A stretch of DNA of 64,000 nucleotides, from the NCBI GenBank assembly GCA_000004695.1, contig CM000151.3, positions 5,856,001-5,920,000 of the forward strand. The letters run 5' to 3'. The DNA comes from Dictyostelium discoideum (Eukaryota). The translations under genes and the position numbers were made by a program. Of this stretch, positions 1-11,781 are shown piece by piece. Every line of letters starts with the position of its first letter. Position 1 is the first letter of the stretch. The notes beneath the pieces were generated by a model. The model was not told the DNA's origin. It made no database searches and was given only the letters and a program-made list of their open reading frames with translations.

Positions 1-444
1 CCAAATGGAAACAACAATAATAATAATAACAACAACAATAGCAACAATAATAACAATGTCAGTAATAATCCAAATATAATTATAAGCGCAACTGATTCAA
101 TTGATAAGAAAAATATTTCCCAAAAATTACACCAAAGAGTTCAACAACAAGAACAACAAAAACAATTAAATTTAATGCAACAACAACAACAGCAATCATC
201 CCAACAACAACAACAACAACAACCATCCCAACAACAATCGTCACAACAAAAGCAGCAACAACAACTATCACAACCAAATTCACCAAAAGGTATGTTAATA
301 GATGGAAAATATCAACAACAACCAAATTCTCCTCATAATTCAAATTCTCAAGTCCCTCATTATTCAGTTGATAATATGAATTCAAATTATCCTCAAGATA
401 ATAGATATTATTATCAATATCATCCACTGCCATATTATCATTAA
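1..444 (+). CDS. C-terminal part of an N/Q-rich protein; its 5' end lies outside the window and the stop TAA is at 442-444
   Basis: Frame 1 is open from base 1 ([62 protein letters not shown]...YHPLPYYH*). The track ORF 175..444 is its M-started tail. Low-complexity, Dictyostelium-style codon usage. Confidence 0.45.
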   Translation, partial: PNGNNNNNNNNNNSNNNNNVSNNPNIIISATDSIDKKNISQKLHQRVQQQEQQKQLNLMQQQQQQSSQQQQQQQPSQQQSSQQKQQQQLSQPNSPKGMLIDGKYQQQPNSPHNSNSQVPHYSVDNMNSNYPQDNRYYYQYHPLPYYH

Positions 445-742
445 CTAAATTATTATAAACAAAACGATTGAAAAAAAAAAAAAAAAAATAATAATAAAAT
501 AATAAAAAATAAACGAAATTGTAACATATATATATATTATTATTATTATTATTTTTAAAAATTAACATATATATTATTATTATTTTTAAAAATTAACCCA
601 AATAACTTATTTTTTTTTTTTTTTTTTTTTGTCTATTTTTAAATTATCGAACAACCAACAACCAAGATAGGAATTGTTTTGTTTTTTTTGTTTTTTTTTT
701 TTTTTTTTTTTTTTGTAATATGTTTGTTATTTATTTATTTTT

Positions 743-1784
743 TTATTCTATTTTTTTTACATTTTTCTTTTTACCATGAATAACATTTGAAACTGGTTTT
801 GGTTCTTCGTTTGCACGTTTTGCAGCTTCAATTGATTCTTTTGCAGCTTTATTAATTTTTTCTAATTGTTTCTCTCTTTCTTTTTCTTCTTCAACTTCTG
901 GTTTAAGATATAAAACCATTGAATATGCATCTTCTTTATCACCATAATATTCTTTTTCAATTTCATCAATTCTAAAAAAAAAAAATAATAAAAATATAAT
1001 AATAAAATTGATAAATTATCATTAATATCACACACATGTCAATCATAATTAAAAATAATGCACTATAATAAATTCTTAAATATACTTACTTGAATTTTAA
1101 AACTTCATGATATAAAGAGAAAGCGGCTCTATTTGATTTTCTAACGTGAAGTGAAACACAATCAGCATCATAAACTTCTAATAATGCAACTTCTGCTTGT
1201 TTCATTAATTTAGTTGCAATACCTAATTTTCTTTGTGATCTTAAAACTGCTAATGATGTAATATGTCCTCTTTTTGGTTCATTTTCATCACTAAATATAT
1301 TTTATTATTTATATTATATTATATTATATTATATTATATTATATTATATTATATTATATTATATTATATTATATTATATTATATTATATTATATTATATT
1401 ATATTATATTATATTATATTATATTATATTATATTATATTATATTATATAATATTATATTATATTATATTATATTATATTATATTATATTATATTATATT
1501 AATTGTGTGTGGTGTGGTGTGGTGAATGTGGTTAGTCCCAATGCATTAATTACATTTTATTTTAATTATTTTATTTTATTTATTTTATTATTTAATTTTT
1601 ACATTTTAGCTAAAACGTAACCAACAACATTTCCTTTATCATCTTCAGCAACAAAAGAAGTTTGTGGCCATGTTAAAAAGTGATATAAATAATATTTCAT
1701 TTGATAATTTTCTGGTAAACATGTTAAATTTGCATTTTGCATTGACATTAAGTCACCAATTTGACATGGTCTGATTGATACCAT
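743..1784 (-). CDS. naa10: N-alpha-acetyltransferase 10 (NatA catalytic subunit, ARD1); 3 exons at about c(1603..1784), c(1090..1290), c(743..971)
   Basis: Exon 1 ([60 protein letters not shown]) is near-identical in pattern to the N-terminus of eukaryotic NAA10. Donor GTAAAA, then an intron that carries the (ATATT)n repeat. Exon 2 reads ..[52 protein letters not shown], which includes the acetyl-CoA binding region. Donor GTAAGT. Exon 3 reads [24 protein letters not shown]...KKNVKKIE*. Phases are consistent across all three exons. Confidence 0.85.
1311..1500. repeat. (ATATT)n microsatellite of about 38 units, followed by a short GT-rich (GTGTGGT)-like stretch at 1501-1535; it lies inside intron 1 of naa10
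   Basis: Direct reading shows a near-perfect pentanucleotide array with one interruption near 1445. Confidence 0.95.
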
Positions 1785-1847
1785 TTTTTTATATTATATT
1801 ATTATCCGTTTTATATAAAAAAAAAAAAAAAAGTGATGAATCTGATT

Positions 1848-1879
<32 letters not shown>

Positions 1880-2198
1880 AAAAAAAAAAAAATATCGACA
1901 AAAACATTTTTTTTTTTTATTTTTTTCATTTTATTTTATTTATTTACATTCATTTTTTTATTTATTATATCATTTTGTGTATTTCTGGGTGCTTTGTTTT
2001 TATATACGAAATCCATATTAAAAATAAATAAAAATGAATATATATAAAAATATATATTTTAAGTGTCATGTTTTTTTATCAATAAAAAAAAAAAAAAAAG
2101 TTTTTTTTTTTTTAGTTAAAGTCTTATTTATTTTATATAATACATGAATAGTAATAATGAAATTATTATTCTTTTTTTTTTTTTTATTAAAAATTTCC

Positions 2199-2788
2199 TT
2201 AATTATCTTCAATAGATAAATAACCAACTAAATATTTTAACATCATGGCTTCAAAATTTACCCAAGAATGTGTGAATTCTAAATTTGGAAATAAAATTAT
2301 GAAATAAAAAAAATAAAAAAATACTATTAGTATATATATGGAATATTTATTTATAAATATTAAATAATATTAATTAATATTAAATATTTACCAAACATTT
2401 GAGTACAATCATTACCAGCAGCTCTTAAAAGTTCAATTTTACCACCAGGATGAAATTGAAAATAATCAGTAATATTATAAACTCTACCTTTATAAACTGT
2501 CCAAGCATCATTTTCATTATTATGTTTTTTTAATTCTTGTATTGTAATTTTACCACCATTACCACTAGTATCGAAACATGGCTGTGCTGCACTCTGTTTT
2601 TTCATCCAATCCAATTGACTATGACCATGTGGTAATGGTACTTTTCTTTTTCTTTTTCCATTTTTTTTATCCTCAATCTCTTGTTCTGTTGGACTCACCA
2701 TTATTGATTTAATTGCTTCTTTCATTTCTGTTGATAATTGTTGAAATTGAACATTATTATTTAATTGTTCTTTATCTGTCATCATCAT
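2199..2788 (-). CDS. Cytochrome b5 heme-binding domain protein (resembles the N-terminal b5 domain of Ncb5or/CYB5R4); 2 exons at c(2392..2788) and c(2199..2278)
   Basis: Exon 1 carries KVPLPHGHSQLDWMKK...ITIQELKKHNNENDAWTVYKGRVYNITDYFQFHPGGKIELLRAAGNDCTQMF, with the HPGG heme-ligand motif. Donor GTAAAT (phase 1), a 113 bp AT-rich intron and an AG acceptor. Exon 2 reads EFTHSWVNFEAMMLKYLVGYLSIEDN*, which matches the conserved ..HRWVNYESMLKECLVG tail of Ncb5or-type b5 domains. Confidence 0.75.
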
Positions 2789-2856
2789 TATTGTGTTTTT
2801 ATTACTTGTGTTTTTATTTCTTAATTTAAAATTAATTAAAAATTTTGATTTGATTT

Positions 2857-2893
<37 letters not shown>

Positions 2894-3115
2894 TTTTTTT
2901 TTAAAACAAAACAATATTTCAAAAAAAAAAAAAAATAAAAAAAAAATAAATAAAAAAATAAAAAAAATTCAGAATCATACCGAATCGTCGAATATTAAAA
3001 TAATAAAACACATCCTTTTTTTTTTTTTTTGTTTTGTTTTTATTTTCAAATAACAATTTAAAATAATAATAATAAAAAAAAAAAAAAATAATAATAATAA
3101 TAATAATAATAAAAA

Positions 3116-3523
3116 ATGAATAATCTTTCAAAGAATGATTTTTTAAAACTGTATAGAAATATATTAAGATGTCATAAAATATTACAAGAACCAATGAGAT
3201 CAATGGGAGATCAATATGTTAAAACTGAATGGAAATTACATAAGAAAGCAACACCAAAACAAGCAATTCAATTTTATGAACAATGGAATATTTATTGTAA
3301 TATTTTATTAACACAACGTGATTCAATTTTAAAAGAAAATAGTAATAATAATGATAATTATAATAATAATAATAATGATAATAATAATGATAATAATAAT
3401 TTTATAAATATTGGTCAAGATTTAAATGAAAAACAAATGAAATCTTTAAATAAAAAACAAATAGAACAATTAGATAAATTAAAATCTGAAACTTCAACTG
3501 TATATACACCAAGTGATAAATAA
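3116..3523 (+). CDS. sdhaf3: Succinate dehydrogenase assembly factor 3 (SDHAF3/ACN9, LYR-motif family), single exon
   Basis: MNNLSKNDFLKLYRNILRCHKILQEPMRSMGDQYVKTEWKLHKKATPKQAIQFYEQWNIYCNILLTQ.. aligns with the LYR region of SDHAF3 (..[32 protein letters not shown]...EWEVYATALLQQ). It shares a 330 bp divergent promoter with the b5 gene. Confidence 0.7.
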   Translation: MNNLSKNDFLKLYRNILRCHKILQEPMRSMGDQYVKTEWKLHKKATPKQAIQFYEQWNIYCNILLTQRDSILKENSNNNDNYNNNNNDNNNDNNNFINIGQDLNEKQMKSLNKKQIEQLDKLKSETSTVYTPSDK

Positions 3524-3547
3524 AAATAATAAAAATAATTTTTTTTG

Positions 3548-3587
<40 letters not shown>

Positions 3588-3634
3588 AAAAAGAAAATAT
3601 ATGTTCATGAATAATGTTTTTTTTAGTTTATTTG

Positions 3635-3665
<31 letters not shown>

Positions 3666-3704
3666 TTTTAATTTTTTGTTTTTTTTCTTTTTTTTGAAAT
3701 TATT

Positions 3705-5897
3705 TTAAAAAGTTGTATTAAATCTATATTTGACAAATTCACCAAGTTTTCTGGATTCACTATCTTGAGTATAAGAAACCAATAAATCACCAACTTGAAT
3801 ACCATTATATTCACGAAGTGTGATACCACATTCATGACCTTTTCCAATCTCTTTAACAATATCTTTAAATGATTTAATGACTTCAACACGACCTTCATGA
3901 ACGGAATCACCATTTCTCATAACATGAACCTTTGCACCTTTTTTGATAATACCATCTTCTACTTTACAACCTGCAACTTTTTCCTTACCATCATTGATAT
4001 CAAAGACTTGACTAATTTGAGCACGACCAGTTACATTGAAAATAGTGACAGGTTGTAAAATACTTTCTAAATATTCTTGGACATGATTAACCACATGATA
4101 GATTACATCGGATTGAATGAGTTTTACACCTTGCTTCTTGCAAGAATCTAAAATCTTTGGATTTAATTTCGAGCCAAAATAAACGATTGGAGTCTTCAAA
4201 AATAATGCATCTTTAATGTCATTCTCAGTGACCTCACCATAGCCAACTCTTTGAATATCAATAGAGATTTCAGGATCTTGTGGTAATGTAAATAACATGG
4301 CGCTGAGTGCCTCAGCAGTGCCTGTGACATCACCTTTAACAAAGAATCTAACGGTCTTCTTCTCGATATCACCCAAATCCTCAGTACCATTCATTTCTTC
4401 CTCATTATCGAGATCCTCTTCTTCATCCTCTTTGCCATATGCCATCTTTTTAATTTCCCTACGAGTATCTTCTGATATCTTTCTTTCCTTTCTTTCATCA
4501 ATAATTGCTAAAACTTCTTTTTCAGAGTCGAAAACAAAGAATTCCTCACCCAAAGGAGGGGCCCCTTCTTTGAAACCAAAGATTTCAACGGCTTGACCCG
4601 GTTTACCCTCTTTGAGTTGAGTACCTAAATGATTTTTCATCTCTTTGATCTTACCATGTGATTCACCACAAACAAAGAATTGATTAATCTTTAAAATACC
4701 TTTTTGAACGAGAATGGTTGAATAGGTACCTCTATTTCTCTTGAAACTTGTTTCAATGACCACACCACTAACTTGAACATCTTTAACTGGTGCTTTCAAT
4801 TCCATCATATCACCAATGAATAGAATGGTTTCCTCGAGTGTTTGAATACCCATACCAGTCTTTGCAGAGATTTCAACACAAGGTACATCACCACCAACAC
4901 CCTCACATGCAATACCATTCTCTAACAACTCCATCTTTACAAGCTCTGGATTGGCATCGGGTTTATCCATTTTATTAATTACAACAATCACTTGCACATC
5001 ATTCTTCTTTATCGCTTTGATTGCCTCGATGGTTTGTTCTTGAACACCATCATCGGCAGCAACCACCAATAACACAATATCGGTGATACCCACACCTCTT
5101 TCTCTCATTGTCGAAAAAGCAGAATGACCTGGAGTATCCATAAAAGTGATTGCACGCTTCGCCTTTTTAGCATCTGATCTATCATTAATCAATACCTCAA
5201 ATGCACCAATATGTTGGGTGATTCTGCCTGGCTCATTATCGACCACCGATGTACTACGTAAGAAATCCAATAAACTAGTTTTACCATGATCGATATGGCC
5301 AACCACTGTTACCACTGGTGGTCTGCTTGGCCACAAGGGGTTCGCCTTTAGTTTAAGTTCCTTCTCTTTTCTTTGAAGTAAAATATCCCTACTTAAAACT
5401 CTCATTGGTGAGAAGTAATAATCTTGTCCCATCAATAGTAAAATATCGTCAACGATTGGTTCGTATCTTGATGTTGGTTTCAAACCTGCTTTAATTTGCC
5501 ATTTGATTAACTCAACGATTGATTGACCAATCATTGGTGCTAAATTCTCGGCGGTTACTGTATCTGGGAGTAAAACTGGTGTTATTGTTTTCTTTTTATT
5601 GAACTCCCCATTCCCCGAGCCACCTATTTTCTCTTTTTCTTTACTTCTAAATAGTGGTTGATGTTCATTAACAAAACCATATGCTTCTTCTTGTTGTTGT
5701 TGTTGTCTTAACATTCTTTTTTCTTTTTTCTTTCTTTCTTTCTCTCTTTCTTTCTCTCTTAGTTTCTCTTTTTCTTTTTCTCTTTCTGCTATTAAATCCG
5801 ATTCTTTTTTTGATAGTTCTTGGAATTTTGGAATTGGAATTTTGGAATTGGAATTTGTTTTTTCTTGTCCTTGTTGTTGAGTTGTCATTGTTTCTGG

Positions 5898-5934
<37 letters not shown>

Positions 5935-6840
5935 GGGGTTGTTGGTGCTGGTTTATTTGATACAATATCGCCAAATCCTAAATTACTCAAATTTTTAATA
6001 TTATTTTGATTTGTAGTGATTGTTGGTTTTTGATTTAAAGTGGTTTTATTTATATAATCTAAAAATGATGCAAGTTTTTTTTGTTGTGGTGGATTTTGTT
6101 TTTGTTGTTGTTGTTGTTGTAGTGGTTGTTGTGGTTGTTGTGGTTGTTGTTGTTGTTGTAGTTGTGGTTTTTGTAGTGATCCAAATGAAAACATATTTAG
6201 TGGATTTTCTTTTGGTGTTACATTATTATTATTACCGTTTATTGGAAAGTTGAAAATTGGTGATTGGTGTGATTTTTGTGGTTGTTGTTGTTGTTGTTGT
6301 TGTTGGAGTGGTGGTTGGAGTGGTGGTTGTTTATTTAGATCTGGTGGGTTGAATTTTAAATTAAGTGTAATTGGTCTATTTTGTTGTTGTTGTTGTTGTT
6401 GTAGTTGGAATTTTTGGTGATTGTTATTATTATCATTATTATTATTATTATTGTTATTATTAATATTATTATTATTATTATTATTACTATTATTATTATT
6501 TTGAATTAATTTTGGAAAATCAATTTTATTAAAGGAAATTGTATTTCCTTCATTTATAGGTTTCTCTGTTGGTTTTCCCTATTTAAAAAAAATATGTTAA
6601 AAACTAAATTAGTATTTTTATTTTATTTTATTTCATTTCATTTCATTTTATTTTATTTTATTTTATTTTATTTTATTATATTTTATTTTTTGATTTGATT
6701 TTTGATTTTTAAAAAATAAATCTGCCAACACTTACTGGTGTGGAGGAAGTGGAATATTGAAAAGAAGTAATATTATAAATATTGGGTGATTGTATTAATC
6801 TTGATATTTGTTTTTTATGCAATTTAGTTACTCGTAACAT
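3705..6840 (-). CDS. mtif2: Mitochondrial translation initiation factor IF-2 (MTIF2); 2 exons at c(6736..6840) and c(3705..6578), about 990 aa
   Basis: The GTPase G1-G4 region (VVTVVGHIDHGKTSLLDFLRSTSV...DTPGH...NKMD..) and the IF2 C-terminal beta-barrel are present. The track ORF starts at an internal Met, but the frame is open upstream to an AG acceptor at 6579/6580. The upstream exon MLRVTKLHKKQISRLIQSPNIYNITSFQYSTSSTP ends at a GTAAGT donor. It is basic and hydroxylated with no acidic residues, as expected of a mitochondrial presequence. An in-frame TAA lies immediately 5' of the ATG. Confidence 0.85.
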
Positions 6841-7079
6841 TTATTTAATATATATATATATGATTCAAGTGTATGTGTTTACGAAAACAAAAAAAACAAC
6901 TAAAATAAAAAAAAAAAATAAAAAAATAAAAAATAAAATAAAAAAAAAAAGAAAAAAAAAAATAAAAAAAAATAAAAATTAAAAAATTAATTGTGTCGGT
7001 TTTTCTATAGAAAAAAAAAAATTAAAAAAAAAATAAAAAAAAATGGCAATAATTATTTAATTTTAATAACCAACAATGG

Positions 7080-7111
<32 letters not shown>

Positions 7112-7116
7112 CACAC

Positions 7117-7150
7117 ACACCCCCAAACAATACCACAAATCTGGGGGTGT
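7117..7150. other. GC-rich perfect 9-bp inverted repeat (ACACCCCCA ... TGGGGGTGT) with a 16-nt loop, embedded in a poly(A)/poly(T) intergenic region
   Basis: Seen directly: 7117-7125 is the reverse complement of 7142-7150. It sits between the 3' end of the membrane-protein gene (7253) and the start of mtif2 (6840). Confidence 0.5.
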
Positions 7151-7252
7151 ATTTGATTATAATTTTTTAAAAAATTTTTTTATTTTTTTTTTTTTTTTTA
7201 TTTTTTTTTTATTTTTTTATTTTTTTCTAAATAATTTTAATTTTCGATTAAA

Positions 7253-8166
7253 TTAATTTGAATCATAATTAAATATATCGTATTCAGGATCGAATTCATC
7301 AAGCTTTTTACCAGAAGATGATGAATTATTACTACCAGAATCTGGTGGTGGTGGACAGTATTCTGTACAATAGACCTTCAATTGAACTGGATCATAAGTT
7401 AAACCACATGAACATGAAGATGGATCTTGAACAGATATACATGTTTTATTTTCAAATGTATATAAACCATTACTAAAAAATAATGAAATAAAATAATTAG
7501 TTTAAACTAATTGTAAAAAAAAAAAAAAAAAAAAAACTTACCAAGTGAGTGCTTTTGGTACCCAAACATAACAATTGAGTGAAATTGAAGCTAAAATTAC
7601 ACAACCAGCTAAAAGGAAGATAAGGTATTTGAATTTTGGATGAATTCTATCATCTTGATCTCTCCACCATTTAACTAATAAGGCTAATGATCCAAATATA
7701 ACAATAATAGTACCAACTAATACAAAATGTCTTGCATTTACTTTAATTCCAAAATATACACCAATTGCTATTGAGAACTAAAATTTTAATATTAATCCAA
7801 AAAAAAAAAAAATAAAAAAAATAAAAAAAATAAAAAATAAAAAAATTATATATTAATATACATAAATTAATAAAAAAAAATTATTATAATTAGATTTTAA
7901 TTATTGATTTATAAGTAAAATTTTTCACACATACCAATGAAAAAGCTGCAACAATTATAGAAATAATAATTTGAGAAATTTGTGTCTATATTTTTAATTT
8001 ATTTTTTTTATTTATTTTTTTTATTTATTTTTTTTTTAAAAAAAAAAAAAAAAATTAAAAGATATTAATTAGGCTTATGGTCATTTAAATTATTTTTTTT
8101 TTTTTTTTAACATGTGTGATCAAACCATACTTGTTTCTTTCTCTCTCCAAATAATGGTTCATCCAT
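7253..8166 (-). CDS. Small multi-pass membrane protein (about 180 aa, 3 predicted TM helices, Cys-rich acidic C-terminal tail); 4 exons at about c(8131..8166), c(7935..7985), c(7542..7777), c(7253..7472)
   Basis: MDEPLFGERKKQ | TQISQIIISIIVAAFSL | FSIAIGVYFGIKVNARHFVLVGTIIVIFGSLALLVKWWRDQDDRIHPKFKYLIFLLAGCVILASISLNCYVWVPKALT | CNGLYTFENKTCISVQDPSSCSCGLTYDPVQLKVYCTEYCPPPPDSGSNNSSSSGKKLDEFDPEYDIFNYDSN*. The donors are GTATGG, GTATGT and GTAAGT, phases are consistent, and the introns are AT-rich. No family could be assigned from memory. Confidence 0.5.
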
Positions 8167-8842
8167 TTTAATTTACTATATTATATATATATATAAATAT
8201 TTATATGATATTACAACAAAAAAAAAAAAAAAGAAATAGAGAAAACCAAAGCAATTTAAAATAATACAAAAGATTTGCTATCGTGGTAGAGAAAGGACAC
8301 TCAAAAAAACAAAAAAAAGTGAAAATATTAAAAAAAAAAAAAAAAAAAAAAAATCATAAAAAAAAAAAAAAAATAAAAATAAAAAATAAAAAAAAAAAAA
8401 TTAAAAAATAAAAATAAAAGTTCCAACCAATTTCTTTTTTTCCCAAAACCAAAAAAAAAAAAAAAAAAAAAACAATAATTTTCTTAAGATTTTTCATTCT
8501 TTATCTATTTACTTATAAAATTAAAACTTTTTTTTTTTCCAAATTCTCTTTTTCCTAATTTGTTTTTTTTATTTTTTTATTTTTTTTTTCCTACTTTTTT
8601 TTTTATAGATAAACTAATACCAAAAATTTTAACCGTTAATAGATAATTATAATTAAATTTCATTTTTTTTTTTTTTTAAAACACTTTTTTTCAATATTAT
8701 TTTTTTTATCATTTTTGGTATTAAATTTCTTTAATTATTTTGAACCCAAATAACAAAGACTGTTTTTTATTTCTATTTTTAATAAAAGATTTTTTTTTTC
8801 TTTGAAATTATATTTTTCCAATTTTTCATATTTTTATTTTTT

Positions 8843-8887
<45 letters not shown>

Positions 8888-8930
8888 AAACGCACAAATA
8901 AAAAACATGTGATAACAATAAAATTAACAC

Positions 8931-9123
8931 ATGAACACTCAAAACAATATCCTAAATAGAGTTTCCAGAATAAATAAAGATATAAAGAATAACTTAACAT
9001 CAAATATAACAACTACTCAATTTACATCAATAACAACTAATACTTCAACAATAAAAACTAACACTCTCCCAATAAATAATAATATTAATAATAACATTAA
9101 TTCTACAACAGCAACAAAAGCAT

Positions 9124-9164
<41 letters not shown>

Positions 9165-10097
9165 ACAAAAACAGCAACAAAAACAACAAAAACAACAACA
9201 GCAACAGCAAAAACAACAACAACAACATCTAATAATAATAATAATTCATTTTTTGAAAATCACTATTTAATAACAGATGATAGGAAAAAAGAATTAAAAA
9301 CTAATTATAGGTTCTTTGGTAATGATGGATGTTATTTCAAGTTATTTATATCGGATATAAAGAACGTAAAAACAATTCAATCAGGAGGAATTAAATTTCT
9401 TTTAAAAAAAAGAATACCGATAAAACATGTAGAAGTTTTTGGTGACATTGTATCATTAACCATAAAAAGAAAGTTTAATACAACTCTAATTACAATAATA
9501 TTAGATGATAATACTCAAACCATTGAATGTGAATATTTTCCTGAAGAAATACCTTCACTTATACCGCCACAACCAAATACAACAAATTACAACAATTACA
9601 ACAATACCAATTATAACAATACCAATAATAATAATAACGATAATAATAATAATAATGATGATAATAATGATACAACATTTAATGGTAATAATCATTGGAA
9701 TAATAATGGTGACAATAACAACAACAATAACAACAACAACAATAATAATAATAATAATAATAATAATGAAAAAATAAATATTGGTACCAGTGAACATTTA
9801 CCATTCTTGTTGGGTTCATTTATTAGGGTTTGGGGATTCATAAAATCTGATCCGCATGATGGTAGATTGTTTATAAAGATAAAGGAATTTGAATTAATTA
9901 ATGATCCAAATAAAGAGATATGGTTACTTTTAGATAAAATTAAAACTCAAAAAGAAATATATTTCCCTTACATTAAAATTTTTAATGAAAGATTATTATC
10001 AAATTCTTCAAATATATTTACTTCTGGACAACAAATTATTATAAATAATCAAAATAATCAAAATAATCAAAATAATCAAAATAATCAAAATAATCAA

Positions 10098-10163
<66 letters not shown>

Positions 10164-10205
10164 TTAATAAAAAGAAAAAGGAAATTAAACGAAGATTATA
10201 AATAA
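8931..10205 (+). CDS. OB-fold protein of the Stn1/RPA32 family (candidate CST complex subunit Stn1), single exon with N-rich inserts
   Basis: ..LFISDIKNVKTIQSGGIKFLLKKRIPIKHVEVFGDIVSLTIKRKFNTTLITIILDDNTQTIECEYF.. has the Stn1/RPA2 OB-fold signature (V.V.G.V......i.l.DdTG.I.C..w). A second conserved block, LGSFIRVWGFIKSDPHDGRLFIKIKEFELINDPNKEIW, parallels [36 protein letters not shown] of human STN1. Confidence 0.5.
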
Positions 10206-10280
10206 AGTGGTAATTAAAAGTTTCAACCGAAAATAATTTGTTTAGTTTATTTATTTTTTATTTTTATTTATTTTTTATTT

Positions 10281-10323
<43 letters not shown>

Positions 10324-10400
10324 TGCATTATAAATAATTACTTGCAACTCTTATCTTTTTAATCGAGATATTACATATTTAAAAATCAAAAAATTAACAA

Positions 10401-10470
10401 GAGGAAAATAAAATAAAATAAAATAAAATAAAATAAAATAAAATAAAATAAAATAAAATAAAATAAAATA
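10401..10470. repeat. (TAAAA)n microsatellite of about 14 units; (ATTT)n at 10261-10322 lies nearby
   Basis: Direct reading. The track ORF 10351..10683 (-) is an artefact of this repeat. Confidence 0.9.
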
Positions 10471-11746
10471 AAGAATAAAACACTTTATTATAATCCCATT
10501 TGATCTCAAAAAATAATAATTTTTTTTTATTTTTTTATTAATAATATTATTGTTTCCAACTTTTAAAAAGTCGTTATGACCATTCAAATTGTTTTGGTAC
10601 TTGTGTTTGAAACTTTTTTTTTTTTTATAGATTTTAGTAATAAATATTATTAATATTATTAGATTGGGGGTTATTAAATACAATTAGTTTTGTTTATATA
10701 TATATTTTTTTTTTATAAAACCTTATTTTTTATTATTTTTTTTTTTCAAAGAAAACTAATATATGAAGGGACCCGAAATAATAAACAATTGTTTAATTTA
10801 TCTTTAATCATTAATTATTATTTATTTATTTATTTTTTTTTTAATCATTCCCTTACAAAAAAAAAAAAATAAAATAAAAAAAAAAAAAAACAAGAATATA
10901 AACATAAATAAAAATAAAAATAAATATGTTTTTAGAATGGTAGTGGTTTTTGTTATCTCATTTACCAATTTACACTTTTTTTTTTTTTTTATTTTTTTTT
11001 TTTTGTGTGCTTATAATAGTTTTAAAACGTTTTAAAATTAAAAATCGAATCATGTGTGTGTGTGTGTGTGGGTGTGTTTTTTTTTTTTTATTTTTATTTT
11101 TTTTTATTTATTTATAATAATTATCACCCCTTTTTTAAAGGGAATAGTTTAAAATATATTCAAATCAACCCTTTTCTAAATAAAATTAATTTATCACTAA
11201 AGTGGTGCTCTCCAACCATTAATCACTTATTTTTTAAACAAAACATAAATGTTTTTTTTTTTTTTATTATGATGATCAATACACCAAAAATCTCGTTAAT
11301 TGTTATTTTTTTATTTTTTATTTTTTTTTAATTTTAATTTTTAATTTTTATTCTTTATTTTATTTTAATTGGATGATATATTGACAATAACTTCACATTT
11401 TAGAATAAAAAATTCACCAATCGACCTTATATGATCACAACTAAAAGATTAAAGATTGGATAAATGATTAAAAACAATATTGTGGGGGTTTTAAATAGGA
11501 TCTATCTCTTTATTTTATTATTTTTTTATTTTTTTTATTTTTTTTTTTTTTTTAATAATTATTTTTTATTTTTATAATTATTTTTTTTTTTTTATTTATT
11601 TTTATTTTTAAATAAATAAATAATTATTTTTAATTTTTTTTTTGAAAAAAGATCTATATACAAATATATATATATATAGTTCTTTTTTTATTTTTATTAT
11701 TTGTTGAGGATATTATCATTTTATACAAAAAAAAATAAAATAAAAT

Positions 11747-11781
<35 letters not shown>

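Noticed and set aside
80-568. 162-aa minus-strand ORF (poly-N/V/F rich) overlapping the 1..444 coding frame
   Set aside because: It is the antisense reading of the (AAT/CAA)n-rich coding strand. It has a low-complexity hydrophobic composition typical of antisense artefacts and no start context.
6782-6982. 66-aa plus-strand ORF MGDCINLDICFLCNLVTRNIYLIYIYMIQ...
   Set aside because: It is the antisense of the mtif2 presequence exon and its promoter poly(A) run. The tail is poly-Lys from poly(A).
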